A DNA stretch of 64,000 bases, from assembly GCA_965215015.1 (NCBI GenBank), contig OZ244042.1:3776001-3840000 (forward strand), read 5' to 3'. The stretch is from Candidatus Poribacteria bacterium (GTDB lineage: Bacteria > Poribacteria > WGA-4E > PCPOR2b). Shown one piece after another: positions 1 through 10,464 of this stretch (position 1 is the first letter of the stretch; each line of letters begins with the position of its first letter). Both the position numbers and the translations under genes were made by a program. The notes beneath the pieces are model-generated. The model saw only the letters and a list, made by a program, of their open reading frames with translations, searched no databases and was not told where the DNA came from.

Positions 1-792
1 GACAGCGAAAGTCGTGGCAGGATAGAGCAACTTCTCCACGAAATGGACCGTCATGGTGTTGATCAAGCCGTTCTGGTTTGTGCGCGAATTGATCATAACT
101 CGGATAACAATGACTATATTTTTGAGTGTTCCAAACAGTATCCGGGTCGTATCATCCAATTCGCTGACGTTGATTGTTCGTGGACGGATACCTATCACAC
201 CCCCGGTGCTGCGGATCGGCTTGCGGCGGCGGCGGATAGATACGCGCTGAAAGGGTATACGCATTATTTTAGAGGGGACGACGATGGCAGTTGGTTCTTT
301 TCGACTGAGGGGCAGCGATTCTTTCAGACCACTGCGGATCGGGGCTTGATTGCTAGCCTCGCCATGGGGCCTCAACTACAGGCACCATTACGCCAATTGG
401 CGGCCCAGTTCCCTTCTATCACCTTTCTCTGTCACCACATGGCTGGGGCAAGAGCTGGAGAGGCACCTCCCTATCCGAATTTGAAGGAGATTCTCGCGTC
501 GGGGAACACACCGAATATCAATATCAAGATGTCAGGATTCGGGTATGTCTCCCAGGTCCCATGGGGCTATCCTTATTCGGATACCGGCTGGATTGTCCGC
601 GCGCTCTATGAACATTTTGGCCCTGATCGCCTTTGCTGGGGGTCGGACTACCCTGTGGTGCGTTCCTACATGACCTACCAACACGCCCTTGAAGCCTTCC
701 GCACCCACTGCACCTTCATCCCAGACGCCGACAAGGCGCGAATCCTTGGTGATTCCCTCAACAGGTTGCTGACTGTAGGACAGGGTGGTTAG
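1..792 (+). CDS. Amidohydrolase family protein (Amidohydro_2 / L-fucono-lactonase-like), 5' end outside the window
   Basis: Frame is open from base 1. Motifs include LCHH, IKMSG and the C-terminal FGPDRLCWGSDYP typical of amidohydro_2 proteins. Confidence 0.85.
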   Translation, partial: DSESRGRIEQLLHEMDRHGVDQAVLVCARIDHNSDNNDYIFECSKQYPGRIIQFADVDCSWTDTYHTPGAADRLAAAADRYALKGYTHYFRGDDDGSWFFSTEGQRFFQTTADRGLIASLAMGPQLQAPLRQLAAQFPSITFLCHHMAGARAGEAPPYPNLKEILASGNTPNINIKMSGFGYVSQVPWGYPYSDTGWIVRALYEHFGPDRLCWGSDYPVVRSYMTYQHALEAFRTHCTFIPDADKARILGDSLNRLLTVGQGG

Positions 793-848
793 TTCTCTTC
801 CGTCAACCTTCTTTGGGAAAATCCGTTGGCTTTGGGGAAATTCCAATC

Positions 849-1373
849 ATGGCAGACGCTCTGGATCCGAAATTCCTCGCTGATGAAAATGTGGGCAAAC
901 TTGGCAGGTGGCTGCGGATTTTAGGGTATGATGTCGCCTACCAATCTCCCGCTCTTGATGCTCAGCTCGCGCTTAAGGCGTTGCGTGAGAATCGGGTGAT
1001 TTTGACGCGCGATCGGGAATTTGTGCAACGTCGTATGGTTGAGCGGTACCTGCTGCTCACCAGCCAAGATCCGGTCGAGCAACTCAAGCAGGTCATCCAA
1101 GTGTTTCACTTAAAACTTGATTGCGATTCCTTCTTTACTCGTTGTCTCGGCTGCAATGCTCCTCTTCAATCTGTTCCCAAGGCGGAAGTGCGTTCTGCTG
1201 TCCCGGACTACGTCTATCGCACACAGGACCAATTTCATCGATGTTCAACCTGTAACCAGCTCTTTTGGGCGGGCAGCCATACGATCAATTTTCAGGAGTG
1301 GCTGAAGCGGGTGGGTAAGAACCCCACCCCTAGCCCAAGAACCTCACTCCTAACCCAAGAACCTCACCCCTAG
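849..1373 (+). CDS. Mut7-C RNase (PIN-like) domain protein with C-terminal Zn ribbon
   Basis: KFLADENVGKLGRWLRILGYD, RVILTRD, FTRCLGCN...CSTC...FWAGSH. ATG at 849 is preferred over the TTG at 813. Confidence 0.88.
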   Translation: MADALDPKFLADENVGKLGRWLRILGYDVAYQSPALDAQLALKALRENRVILTRDREFVQRRMVERYLLLTSQDPVEQLKQVIQVFHLKLDCDSFFTRCLGCNAPLQSVPKAEVRSAVPDYVYRTQDQFHRCSTCNQLFWAGSHTINFQEWLKRVGKNPTPSPRTSLLTQEPHP

Positions 1374-1420
1374 CCCAAGAACCCCACCCCTAGCCCCTCC
1401 CCGCAAGCGGGGAGGGGAAG
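1317..1420. repeat. 20-bp tandem repeat x4 (AAGAACCCCACCCCTAGCCC) followed by a CCCCGCAAGCGGGG hairpin; overlaps the Mut7-C 3' end
   Basis: Directly visible. The same motif occurs singly at ~12516-12556 and ~16536-16598. Confidence 0.9.
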
Positions 1421-1461
1421 AGGCCCGCAAGGAGGGTATTTAGTGGGGAGGGGCCATTCGA

Positions 1462-1488
1462 CGCGCAATGAATTGCGCGACTACGAAC
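1462..1488 (-). repeat. REP-like family 1, GTTCGTAGT(A/C)GCGCAATTCATTGCGCG (representative copy)
   Basis: Further copies at ~4920, in each unit of the 4946-5877 array, ~5970, 9024, 12682, 12917, 15399, 15460, 19457, 43264, 43290, 43602, 58582, and inverted at ~63234. Confidence 0.9.
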
Positions 1489-1893
1489 TGAATTAAGGGA
1501 ATTTGCAGGCGGGGAGGGCAAGAGAATGCAGCCCCCCTCAGTCTCCCGCAAGTGGAGTGGAAAGAATGCGGGAGGGGGGCTACATTTGGGCGATTTTCCG
1601 AAATTGACGATATCTACAACATTGCGCGATAGAATACTAGACAATACGGGGCGATAGAATATCAGAGACTATGGGGCGATGATCTTGGCTTAATGGGCCC
1701 GGGACATTGCGCGCGGGTCGGGGTTCTTTGTCGAGATATGAATCTTGACCGACTTACAGTATTTGTTGAACGCTCAAAGCAACCTGACGCCTGATGAATC
1801 GGGCAACTACAGCAGGAACTCTATCAGGAAGCTGTAGGGAACAACCATCGGTGTAACCTACTGAAGCGCGTAACTCCTAACAGGTAATGGATT

Positions 1894-3015
1894 CTACACT
1901 TCGATAATTTCCACGTTTGCGCGCGGTAGGACAACCCTGTTTCCATCTTCCAGTTCAACCTCCAATACACGCACCTTTGCCTCCGTCTCAAGCTCTTGCA
2001 GTTCGACGGGTAGGGCAGACACGCGTCCCAATGCCCCGAAATAGGGTTCACGGATGATGCGGATTGGAGCACCGATATCGAGCGCGTCGCCTGCAATGCT
2101 TGTGTCAACTGTCTCTCCTTGTGTCTCGACGGGGATGATGATTTCTGGACGCACAACGCCGGCGCGAATCTGTGTGGCACCATTGATCGAAGCGGTCATG
2201 CCCTCCTGCGCTTTGAGCAGATTGAAGGTGCGCGCTGCCATACTTATCTCCCCGAACCCTTCCGTGACGACCAGTGTCAGGCCGAGCGACTCTGAACCTG
2301 TTATTGCGACCCCAAGCTCGTATCCCAACATGGCATGGAGATCGCTGTTGTGAATGCCGCCCACAATTATCCCTTTGACACCTTGCCGAATTGCCTCCTG
2401 AATTGCGTCGTTTCCGACGACAGCTCCGCCGCAGAGGATTTTATCTCGATGCGCGGATCGGATGAGATTTTTTGTCAATGGGGCGTCTGGAGAATTTACA
2501 ACGACTTCGAGCTTCCCAACCGTTTCCCCGCCGATGCCAAAAATTCCTTGGATGTATGTGCCATAGGTTTCTACGATGGCACCTTCGTTGGAGAGAATCT
2601 CGACAATTGATCCGGAGATATGCCCTCTGACATTAACAGGGATTGGTGCTTCACGAATGATTACCTGCCCTGTTACATCGGAGATGCTTTCAATCGTTCC
2701 CTCAATCGGGGCCCGTGCTTGTGACTTAAATAGCCCAAACAAGCCTTTTGTTTCGCCTATAATTTCGTCCTTTCCGATAGGTTCTCCCTCACTTTTGAGC
2801 ATGTAGTCTCTTATGTCTTCGGTGGGGATACTCAATAAATTTGCGATATTCACCAGTTGAACGTTCCCCGGCAGAGATGCTCTTGCGACCACATGCTCTG
2901 CATCGATGTTATCCCCCACGTGGACAGTGACCTCTCCCTCGATTGGGAGTCGGCGTTCATTGCGTATAGTTATGCCCGCTGCGACTTTGAGTCCGGGGGT
3001 GTAGGCATGTGCCAT
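1894..3015 (-). CDS. Conserved hypothetical protein (barrel-sandwich-hybrid-like repeats, C-terminal KOW-like motif)
   Basis: 373-aa ORF with an RBS-like AAAGGG upstream. Contains ARAPIEGTIESISDVTGQVII and C-terminal IGAPIRIIREPYFGALGRV...VVLPRANVE. Confidence 0.7.
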   Translation of the reverse strand: MAHAYTPGLKVAAGITIRNERRLPIEGEVTVHVGDNIDAEHVVARASLPGNVQLVNIANLLSIPTEDIRDYMLKSEGEPIGKDEIIGETKGLFGLFKSQARAPIEGTIESISDVTGQVIIREAPIPVNVRGHISGSIVEILSNEGAIVETYGTYIQGIFGIGGETVGKLEVVVNSPDAPLTKNLIRSAHRDKILCGGAVVGNDAIQEAIRQGVKGIIVGGIHNSDLHAMLGYELGVAITGSESLGLTLVVTEGFGEISMAARTFNLLKAQEGMTASINGATQIRAGVVRPEIIIPVETQGETVDTSIAGDALDIGAPIRIIREPYFGALGRVSALPVELQELETEAKVRVLEVELEDGNRVVLPRANVEIIEV

Positions 3016-3423
3016 AAATTCGCCCTTTCAAAAACCTGTTAGGAGTTACGCAGTTGAACGTTCAAAGTCAGTCGGTCAAGGTTTATATCTCGATACAAGC
3101 CTGTCTGCCAAAATTGACCGACACATTGAAAACGCTCGGAATGGAGATCGGTGCAATTGAGCAAATGTCAACAGAACTAGCAAGCACTCGGTTTCTTTTT
3201 GGTTACGGCATACGGCGTATGCCTACTACTTTCAAGGATTGTGTTTTAATTCGTTGTAGAACGGACTTAATGATAGCAAACTTCTTTCCAAAAGGCAATG
3301 TAAATCAAAAAGGCAACAAAGATGTTGACAACATAATCCCCCGCCATTATAATGACGGGCAAATGCTCATCGTAATTGGTATCTTCATCGCCAACCATCT
3401 GATTTCTTGACTGGAGACGTTTT

Positions 3424-4908
3424 ATGAATGCAACCGCCGAAATCCTGAAGGGTAACAACCCTATGAAGGTGGAGCAAATTTTTGGACCTAACATCAAGCC
3501 TTATGAGGTCCTTGAGTTTGAATCAATGCTGCGGTATGAGGATTTTCAGATTTTTGGCGAATACGGACTTAAAAAAAATGGACAGGTCATTATTACCAGA
3601 GCCCCCGCGCGGTTAGATGTGATGGGCGGCATTGCGGTGCACTGTGGTGGCAACGTTCTGGGATTGCCCCTTGAGCGTTCCGCTGTTGTCGGTTGTCAGG
3701 CGAGGGTGGACCGCCGGTTGAGTGCTTTAAGTTTTGAGGCACCGGTACAGGGGGATCAAGCCGCCGGGGAGCTTTCCATTGACGATTTCTACACAGATGG
3801 GAATCTAAAGTCTTACGAAGAGGTTCAATCACTTTTCGCGCACAATCGACACACCGCATGGACAGGGTATGTCCTTGGCGGTTTTTTCGTGCTCCTGAAA
3901 GAGGGGGTAGTTGATTGTTTGCCGCACGGCGCAGCGATTGTTATTCGGAGCAATATCCCGGTGGAGGCAGGAATCGGTTCCTCCGCAGCGATCACCGTTG
4001 CAACGCTGACAGCGATTAACCATCTATATGAACTCAACTTGGGTGCGCTAGACATCGCTCGGATCGGGCAGATTGTCGAGAACCGTATTGTCGGTGTGCC
4101 GTGCGGTGCCATGGATACGATTGCCGTCGTCGCCGGCCAGCGGGACCGCCTGCTTTCGATCCACTGTCAACCGTATCAGATGGTTGAAACTGTCCCTCTC
4201 CCCCTGAATACCAGATTAATCGGGATCCACAGCAAAGCGAGATGGCGTCCATCCAATTCGGCCTATATTGATGCGCGTACCGCAGCGTTTATGGGCTTGA
4301 CAATTCTCCAGAGGACCCTCAATCTGGAGGAGCTGCGCGATAACTATCTGTGTCGGTTATCTGTTAGAGATTTCCGTCAAAAGTGCTGGCAGGTTTTACC
4401 GGCGCGGCTGAAGGGGGAAGATTTCATCCATCGCTACGGTAAGACGGTCGATCCGCTGACAAAAGTTGAACCTCAAAAAGTGTACGCTGTGCGCAGCCGC
4501 GTCGAACATCCGATTTACGAACATGTCCGTGTGGGACGCTTTATCGAACATCTCAAAAAGGCGAATGCCAATCTGCGTCACCTTCATCACCATCTCATGG
4601 AAGCCGGAAAACTGATGTATGCCTCGGATTGGAGTGGTCGTTTCCGTGCTGGCCTTGGCTTGCCCGAAATTGAGCAGCTTGTTCGGTCTATTCGGACGGT
4701 CGGGGTCCGGGGTGGCTTCTACGGCGCGAAAATTACCAGCAGTGGCAGCACTGTTGCGGTGCTCTGCCATGGTGATGTTTCTAACGCGATGATCCAGATT
4801 CTTTCTGCGTATAAATTGGCATGGGGGCTCGATGCGGAATTGTTCAGCGGTTCATCGCCGGGTGCGTTTGAGCTTGGGCACGTGGTCTTGCGGCTCAGCA
4901 AGGAGTAG
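3424..4908 (+). CDS. GHMP kinase superfamily protein (galactokinase/L-arabinokinase-like) with degenerate motifs
   Basis: RAPARLDVMGG, PVEAGIGSSAA (ATP-binding motif II), VGVPCGAMD, GAKIT. GGAG RBS upstream. Confidence 0.8.
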   Translation: MNATAEILKGNNPMKVEQIFGPNIKPYEVLEFESMLRYEDFQIFGEYGLKKNGQVIITRAPARLDVMGGIAVHCGGNVLGLPLERSAVVGCQARVDRRLSALSFEAPVQGDQAAGELSIDDFYTDGNLKSYEEVQSLFAHNRHTAWTGYVLGGFFVLLKEGVVDCLPHGAAIVIRSNIPVEAGIGSSAAITVATLTAINHLYELNLGALDIARIGQIVENRIVGVPCGAMDTIAVVAGQRDRLLSIHCQPYQMVETVPLPLNTRLIGIHSKARWRPSNSAYIDARTAAFMGLTILQRTLNLEELRDNYLCRLSVRDFRQKCWQVLPARLKGEDFIHRYGKTVDPLTKVEPQKVYAVRSRVEHPIYEHVRVGRFIEHLKKANANLRHLHHHLMEAGKLMYASDWSGRFRAGLGLPEIEQLVRSIRTVGVRGGFYGAKITSSGSTVAVLCHGDVSNAMIQILSAYKLAWGLDAELFSGSSPGAFELGHVVLRLSKE

Positions 4909-4945
4909 GCGGGTCTCCGTGCCATGAATTGCACGACTACGAACT

Positions 4946-5877
4946 GTGAAGCCTAAAAACCACGCGCAATGAATTGCGCTACTACGAACCGCGACTACGA
5001 ACTGAATTAAGGGAATTTGCAAGTAGGGGGGGCAGATCTCGCCGCAAGGAGTGAGGGGGCATTGGTTGCTAGGTGAAGCCTAAAACCCACGCGCAATGAA
5101 TTGCGCTACTACGAACCGCGACTACGAACTGAATTAAGGGAATTTGCAAGTAGGGGGGCAGATCTCGCCGCAAGGCGTGAGGGGGCATTGGTTGTTAGCT
5201 GAAAACTAAAAACCACGCGCAATGAATTGCGCTACTACGAACCGCTACTACGAACTGAATTAAGGGAATTTGCAAGTAGGGGGCAGAGCTCGCCGCAAGG
5301 CGTGAGGGAGCATTGGTTGTTAGCTGAAAACTAAAAACCACGCGCCTGGATATGAATTGCGCTACTACGAACCACGACTATGAACTGAATTAAGGGAATT
5401 TGCAAGTAGGGGGGCAGAGCTCGCCGCAAGGCGTGAGGGAGCATTGGTTGTTAGGTGAAACCTAAAACCCACGCGCAATGAATTGCGCTACTACGAACCG
5501 CGACTACGAACTGAATTAAGGGCATTTGCAAGTAGGGGGGGCAGATCTCGCCGCAAGGAGTGAGGGGGCATTGGTTGCTAGGTGAAGCCTAAAACCCACG
5601 CGCAATGAATTGCGCTACTACGAACCGCGACTACGAACTGAATTAAGGGCATTTGCAAGTAGGGGGGGCAGATCTCGCCGCAAGGAGTGAGGGGGCATTG
5701 GTTGTTAGGTGAAACCTAAAAACCACGCGCAACGAATTGCGCTACTACGAACCGCGACTACGAACTGAATTAAGGGCATTTGCAAGTAGGGGGGGCAGAT
5801 CTCGCCGCAAGGAGTGAGGGGGCATTGGTTGCTAGGTGAAGCCTAAAAACCACGCGCAATAAATTGCGCTACTACGA
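4946..5877. repeat. Tandem array of ~127-bp composite REP-like units (7 full + 1 partial)
   Basis: Unit starts at 4946, 5073, 5199, 5324, 5455, 5582, 5709 and 5836. Each unit holds the GCGCAATGAATTGCGC-TACTACGAAC hairpin, CTCGCCGCAAGG(C/A)GTGAG and a TAG(G/C)TGAA-CTAA stem-loop. Confidence 0.95.
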
Positions 5878-6150
5878 GCGGGAGGATTTGCTGGTGGGAG
5901 AGGGTGCAAGCGGCGGGGAAAGCCCCCCAAGCCCCCCCACCCCCCGCAAGTGGGGCGGGCCCATTCTACGCGCGATGAATTGGGCGACTACGAACTGGGA
6001 GATAACTTGGGACTCAGCAGGGGGTAGGAGGGGCTCTGCTGTTGCAAAGTGTATTGAATGCAGTAGATACGAATTTTCTATTTTTTACGCGAAGCCGCAG
6101 AGCAATTATGGTGAATTATTACCCTTTCCTGTTTTACTCTTGGAGTTAAA

Positions 6151-8958
6151 ATGACCGTTTACCGACGTAAACTGATTGAAGTAGACCTACCGTTAGACGA
6201 CATCAACCGCGAATCCGCCCGTGAGAAGTCCATCCGGCACGGCCATCCCTCCACATTGCATCTATGGTGGTCGCGTAAGCCACTGGCTGCTTGCCGCGCA
6301 GTCATCTTTGCTAGCATGGTGGACGACCCCTCCCACTGCCCCGAGGAGTTCCCCACCGACCACGAGCAACGTGCCGAACGGGAACGACTCCACGATATCA
6401 TCCGTCAGCTCGTCAAATGGGAGAGCACCAATGAGAGCCAGCTGGGTGTGAAAACCCTCTTAGCAAACGCACGCTACGAAATTGCCCGATCGGTGGCGCG
6501 TTCCCGAGGAGAAACAGCACCCACTGACCCTGTTGAAGTGTTGAAATACCTGCACGACCATACGCTGCCGATATATGACCCCTTCGCCGGTGGGGGTTCT
6601 ATCCCCCTCGAAGCACAACGGCTTGGACTGAAGGCTGTTGCTTCAGACCTCAATCCGGTGGCAGTCCTCATCAACAAGGCGTTGATTGAGATACCGCCCA
6701 AGTTTCAGCATCTGCCTCCGGTCAATCCCGAAGCGGACACCCTCGGTATATCTACGGGCAGAGGCAGAAACGCGCGGCGCGTCCCTTGGCGCGGTACGTC
6801 CGGCCTTGCAGACGACATTCGCTACTACGGGGCATGGATGCGTGAGGAGGCGTTTAAGCGGATTGGCCATCTTTACCCGAAGGCGAAACTGTCCGATGGC
6901 AGTGATGCGACTGTGATTGCGTGGCTTTGGGCGCGGACAGTCCCTTGTCCCAATCCCGCCTGCGGTGTCCAGATGCCTCTCAAAACTACTTTTCAGGTAT
7001 CAAAAAAACGCACCCACCAACACTGGATTAGACCTGTCGTTGACTATGAGTCGAAGCGTGTCTCCTTTGTCGTGCAGGACCACAGCGGTGATGTCCCCGA
7101 AGGTGGCACGGTGAACCGCCACGGTGCCGTCTGTATCGCCTGCAACAGCGCGGCTCCGTTGTCTTATGTCCGTGAGCAGGCGAGGGTTGGCAACATGAGC
7201 GAGCAGATGACTGCCATCGTCGCTGAGGGGGATCGCAGGCGGCTCTATGTATCACCGACCGACGAACATATCAAGATCGCAATATCTGCCGAACCCGCGT
7301 GGCGACCGTCCCAAGCAATGCCAAATACGCCGACTTTGGTAAGTGGACGGGGTTTTGGTATTACCCATTGGCATCAACTTTTTACCAAACGTCAACTTCT
7401 CGCAATAGCCACATTCAGCGACTTGATTGTAGATGTTCTCCAAATGGTAAGGCAAGAGAGCGGAAACGACGAATACGCCGATGCGCTCTGCACATACCTT
7501 GCGCTTGTTGTTGGCAGAATAGCGGACAGCAGTTGCAGTTATGCAACTTGGATAGACGGGGGTGAATTTGTCGGCCACGTTTTCACGCGCCAAGCAATTC
7601 CGATGGTTTGGGATTTCGCGGAGGTGAATATCTTCTCTACTTCAACCCAGAACTGGACGAGTCAAATTGAGTGGGTCGCAAAAGTTGTCGAGCGATTGCC
7701 CGCAGCTGCGAACAGCGGTGCTGTGCATCAGGCGGATGCCTCCACCACTATCCACGCCCAAGATGGGCCGGTCATCGTCACCGACCCGCCCTACTACGAC
7801 AACATCGACTATGCTGACTTGTCCGATTTCTTCTATGTTTGGCTGCGTCCCCTACTCCGCGATGTTTACCCGGACCTGTTCGCCGGTATCCTGACCCCCA
7901 AAGCTGAGGAGATAACAGCTATTCCATCCCGATTTGATGACCCCCGGCAGCGATTTGAGGACCTGCTGAACAAGACACTCCAGTTAATACGAGACCGATG
8001 CAGCCCGGAGTTCCCGTCCTCCATCTTCTACGCCTACAAACAACAGGAGGAGGAGCGGGATGGTAGAGCGTCCACCGGCTGGGAGACGATGCTGAGTTCT
8101 ATCGTGTCAGCGGGTTTCGAGATAGTCGGCACCTGGCCTATGCGTACTGAGCGTTCCGCGAGATCAAACGCCTTGAGCACTAACTCACTAGCATCGTCTA
8201 TTGTGCTGGTCTGTCGCCCCCGTCCCCGTGATGCCCCCGCCGCAACGCGCCGTCAATTTTTCAACGCACTTGACAAAGAACTGCCTGCAGCACTCGACCA
8301 ACTGACGCGAAAAGGGCACATCGCCCCGACGGATCTGGCACAAGCCGCTATCGGCCCGGGGATGCAGATTTACTCCCGTTACAGTCGTGTAGAGACTATC
8401 AGCGGCAAGTCGGTGTTGGTGCGGGAGGCGTTGGCAGCAATCAACCGCGCTATCGCCGATTACGACGAGCGTCAGGAGGGGGATCTGGATTTGGAGAGCC
8501 GGTTCTGTCTCGCCTGGCTCAAGCAGCATGGGTATGCGGAGGGCCCCTACGGCGACGCGGAGACGCTGGCACGCGCCAAGAATGTCACCATCAGGGGGTT
8601 GCAGGACTCTAACGGTCTACTCACCGCCAAAGGGGGGTGGGTCAAGCTACTGCCGCTCGATGCGTTTTCTGAAAGCGAGGAGTTGCCCCTCGACGCCACG
8701 ACAGCGTGGGCGGGTTGTTTCCGGATGGCATACCACCTGAACCGTGAGGATGGTAGGGGTGTTGAAGGCGCAGCGCATGTCGGCAGGGAGATGAGGGGCA
8801 ACGTTGAGTCAGTTGAGCGGCTGGCACGCGTCCTCTACAACCACTATGACCGCACGGGGGATTCCCAGAACGCTGTTATTTTCAATAACCTCGTCACGGA
8901 GTGGCAACAGATTCAGAAGCAGATGGGAGCGGACAGACAGATCGACATGCAGTTTTAG
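6151..8958 (+). CDS. DUF1156-family adenine-specific DNA methyltransferase with Zn ribbon
   Basis: SIRHGHPSTLHLWWSRKPL, YDPFAGGGSIP (motif I), CPNPAC...CIAC, TDPPYYD (motif IV). GGAG RBS. Confidence 0.92.
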   Translation: MTVYRRKLIEVDLPLDDINRESAREKSIRHGHPSTLHLWWSRKPLAACRAVIFASMVDDPSHCPEEFPTDHEQRAERERLHDIIRQLVKWESTNESQLGVKTLLANARYEIARSVARSRGETAPTDPVEVLKYLHDHTLPIYDPFAGGGSIPLEAQRLGLKAVASDLNPVAVLINKALIEIPPKFQHLPPVNPEADTLGISTGRGRNARRVPWRGTSGLADDIRYYGAWMREEAFKRIGHLYPKAKLSDGSDATVIAWLWARTVPCPNPACGVQMPLKTTFQVSKKRTHQHWIRPVVDYESKRVSFVVQDHSGDVPEGGTVNRHGAVCIACNSAAPLSYVREQARVGNMSEQMTAIVAEGDRRRLYVSPTDEHIKIAISAEPAWRPSQAMPNTPTLVSGRGFGITHWHQLFTKRQLLAIATFSDLIVDVLQMVRQESGNDEYADALCTYLALVVGRIADSSCSYATWIDGGEFVGHVFTRQAIPMVWDFAEVNIFSTSTQNWTSQIEWVAKVVERLPAAANSGAVHQADASTTIHAQDGPVIVTDPPYYDNIDYADLSDFFYVWLRPLLRDVYPDLFAGILTPKAEEITAIPSRFDDPRQRFEDLLNKTLQLIRDRCSPEFPSSIFYAYKQQEEERDGRASTGWETMLSSIVSAGFEIVGTWPMRTERSARSNALSTNSLASSIVLVCRPRPRDAPAATRRQFFNALDKELPAALDQLTRKGHIAPTDLAQAAIGPGMQIYSRYSRVETISGKSVLVREALAAINRAIADYDERQEGDLDLESRFCLAWLKQHGYAEGPYGDAETLARAKNVTIRGLQDSNGLLTAKGGWVKLLPLDAFSESEELPLDATTAWAGCFRMAYHLNREDGRGVEGAAHVGREMRGNVESVERLARVLYNHYDRTGDSQNAVIFNNLVTEWQQIQKQMGADRQIDMQF

Positions 8959-9173
8959 GGGAAGAGCTCCCCGCAAGGTGGGAGGGGGCATTCCACAGTT
9001 TGTTAGGTGCAACTTAACAGCGACGCGCAATGAATTGCGCGACTACGAACCGCTCTCGATCTACAGTCTATTTAACCCTTTTTGACCCAATGCACGGTTC
9101 ATCGGCTGCCGCGGATACCCCATCGCGGACAAAGATTTCACGACGCGACATAGATTGTTAGTATCCGGATTCA

Positions 9174-10346
9174 ATGGAACCCCTGTCCCTCTTTAGTGAT
9201 ATTATGGTTGACGCCCCTGCTACGGAAGGGGTAAAGTATGCCGGCTCAAAGCTGAAACTCCTTCCTCATATATTGCAACTGGCAAAGCAGACGGATGCCA
9301 AAACCGTCCTAGATGGTTTCTCTGGAACGACGCGGGTATCCCAAGCGTTTGCCAAAACAGGTTATCGCGTGCTTTGTAACGACATCGCTCCATGGTCTGA
9401 GGTGTTTGGGGTATGCTATCTTCTCAACGATAAGAAAAAAGCGGATTATGTTGAACTGATCAAACATCTCAACGTATTGCCTCCCAAAGATGGCTGGTTC
9501 ACATCGCACTATGGAGGGGAGCCGACATCGGTGCGGGCAGATGGGCTCAAGAAACCGTGGCAGATCCATAACACGCGGAAGTTAGATGCGATACGGGAGG
9601 AGATTGATCGGCTTGCCCTGACGAAAGTTGAAAGGGCAGTCGCGCTCACCAGTCTCATTCTCGCTCTTGATCGGGTTGATAGTACCCTTGGGCATTTTGC
9701 TTCGTACCTCAAGGAGTGGTCGCCCCGATCGTTTAATGCCTTGACCCTTGCGGTGCCAAATCTCTTTTGCACTGGCGTACCCCACGAGGTTTCGCGTCGG
9801 GACATCTTTGAGCTGGTAAACGATAGAGCTGTTGATCTGGCGTACTATGATCCACCGTACGGGTCTAATAATGAGAAGATGCCTCCCTCCAGAGTTAGGT
9901 ACTCCTCATATTATCACCTCTGGTCAACGGTATGCCTTAACGATAAACCGGAGCTGTTTGGTAAGGCGTTGCGCCGCAAGGATACGTCGGATACCTTGGC
10001 TGCGTCTGTGTTTGAGGAATACCGCAGAAACGGTCGTACGAGACGCTTTATCGCGGTTGAGGCTATTGAGCGGTTGATTCGGAATACTCGTGCTCGGTGG
10101 ATTATCCTCTCTTACAGCTCGGGGGGACGTGCAACCGCTGGCGAACTCGATGAAATCCTTCGGGGAAACGGCACTCTGGTTGAAGCTATTGAGATAGATT
10201 GTAAGCGAAATGTAATGGCAGAGATGAAATCGACTCATGATTGGGTGCGGAGTGCCGATGTGCCGAATCAAGAATTCCTTTTTTTAATCGAAACAAACAC
10301 CGGAAGTTCGTGTCAAAAGAGGGTGCAAAACGGGCAGAAAAGCTGA
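9174..10346 (+). CDS. DNA adenine methyltransferase (D12 class / M.FokI-like)
   Basis: YAGSKLKLL, LDGFSGT, YYDPPYG, ILSYS. Confidence 0.88.
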   Translation: MEPLSLFSDIMVDAPATEGVKYAGSKLKLLPHILQLAKQTDAKTVLDGFSGTTRVSQAFAKTGYRVLCNDIAPWSEVFGVCYLLNDKKKADYVELIKHLNVLPPKDGWFTSHYGGEPTSVRADGLKKPWQIHNTRKLDAIREEIDRLALTKVERAVALTSLILALDRVDSTLGHFASYLKEWSPRSFNALTLAVPNLFCTGVPHEVSRRDIFELVNDRAVDLAYYDPPYGSNNEKMPPSRVRYSSYYHLWSTVCLNDKPELFGKALRRKDTSDTLAASVFEEYRRNGRTRRFIAVEAIERLIRNTRARWIILSYSSGGRATAGELDEILRGNGTLVEAIEIDCKRNVMAEMKSTHDWVRSADVPNQEFLFLIETNTGSSCQKRVQNGQKS

Positions 10347-10464
10347 GCCCCCTCTAATTCTCCACAGGCGGCCATCGCCCTGCCTCCCGCAGATGGGAGG
10401 AGAAAAGGGGACTGTTGCACGATTTTTTAACGTGAGCTACACCGCAAATCAGGGAGGTATATGA

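Noticed and set aside
1390-1644. ORFs 1390-1644, 5864-6154, 43608-43853 and 58555-58875
   Set aside because: They lie largely within palindromic repeat mosaics and are spurious translations.
4946-5877. CRISPR array
   Set aside because: Whole 127-bp units repeat with no unique spacers, and there are no cas genes in the window.
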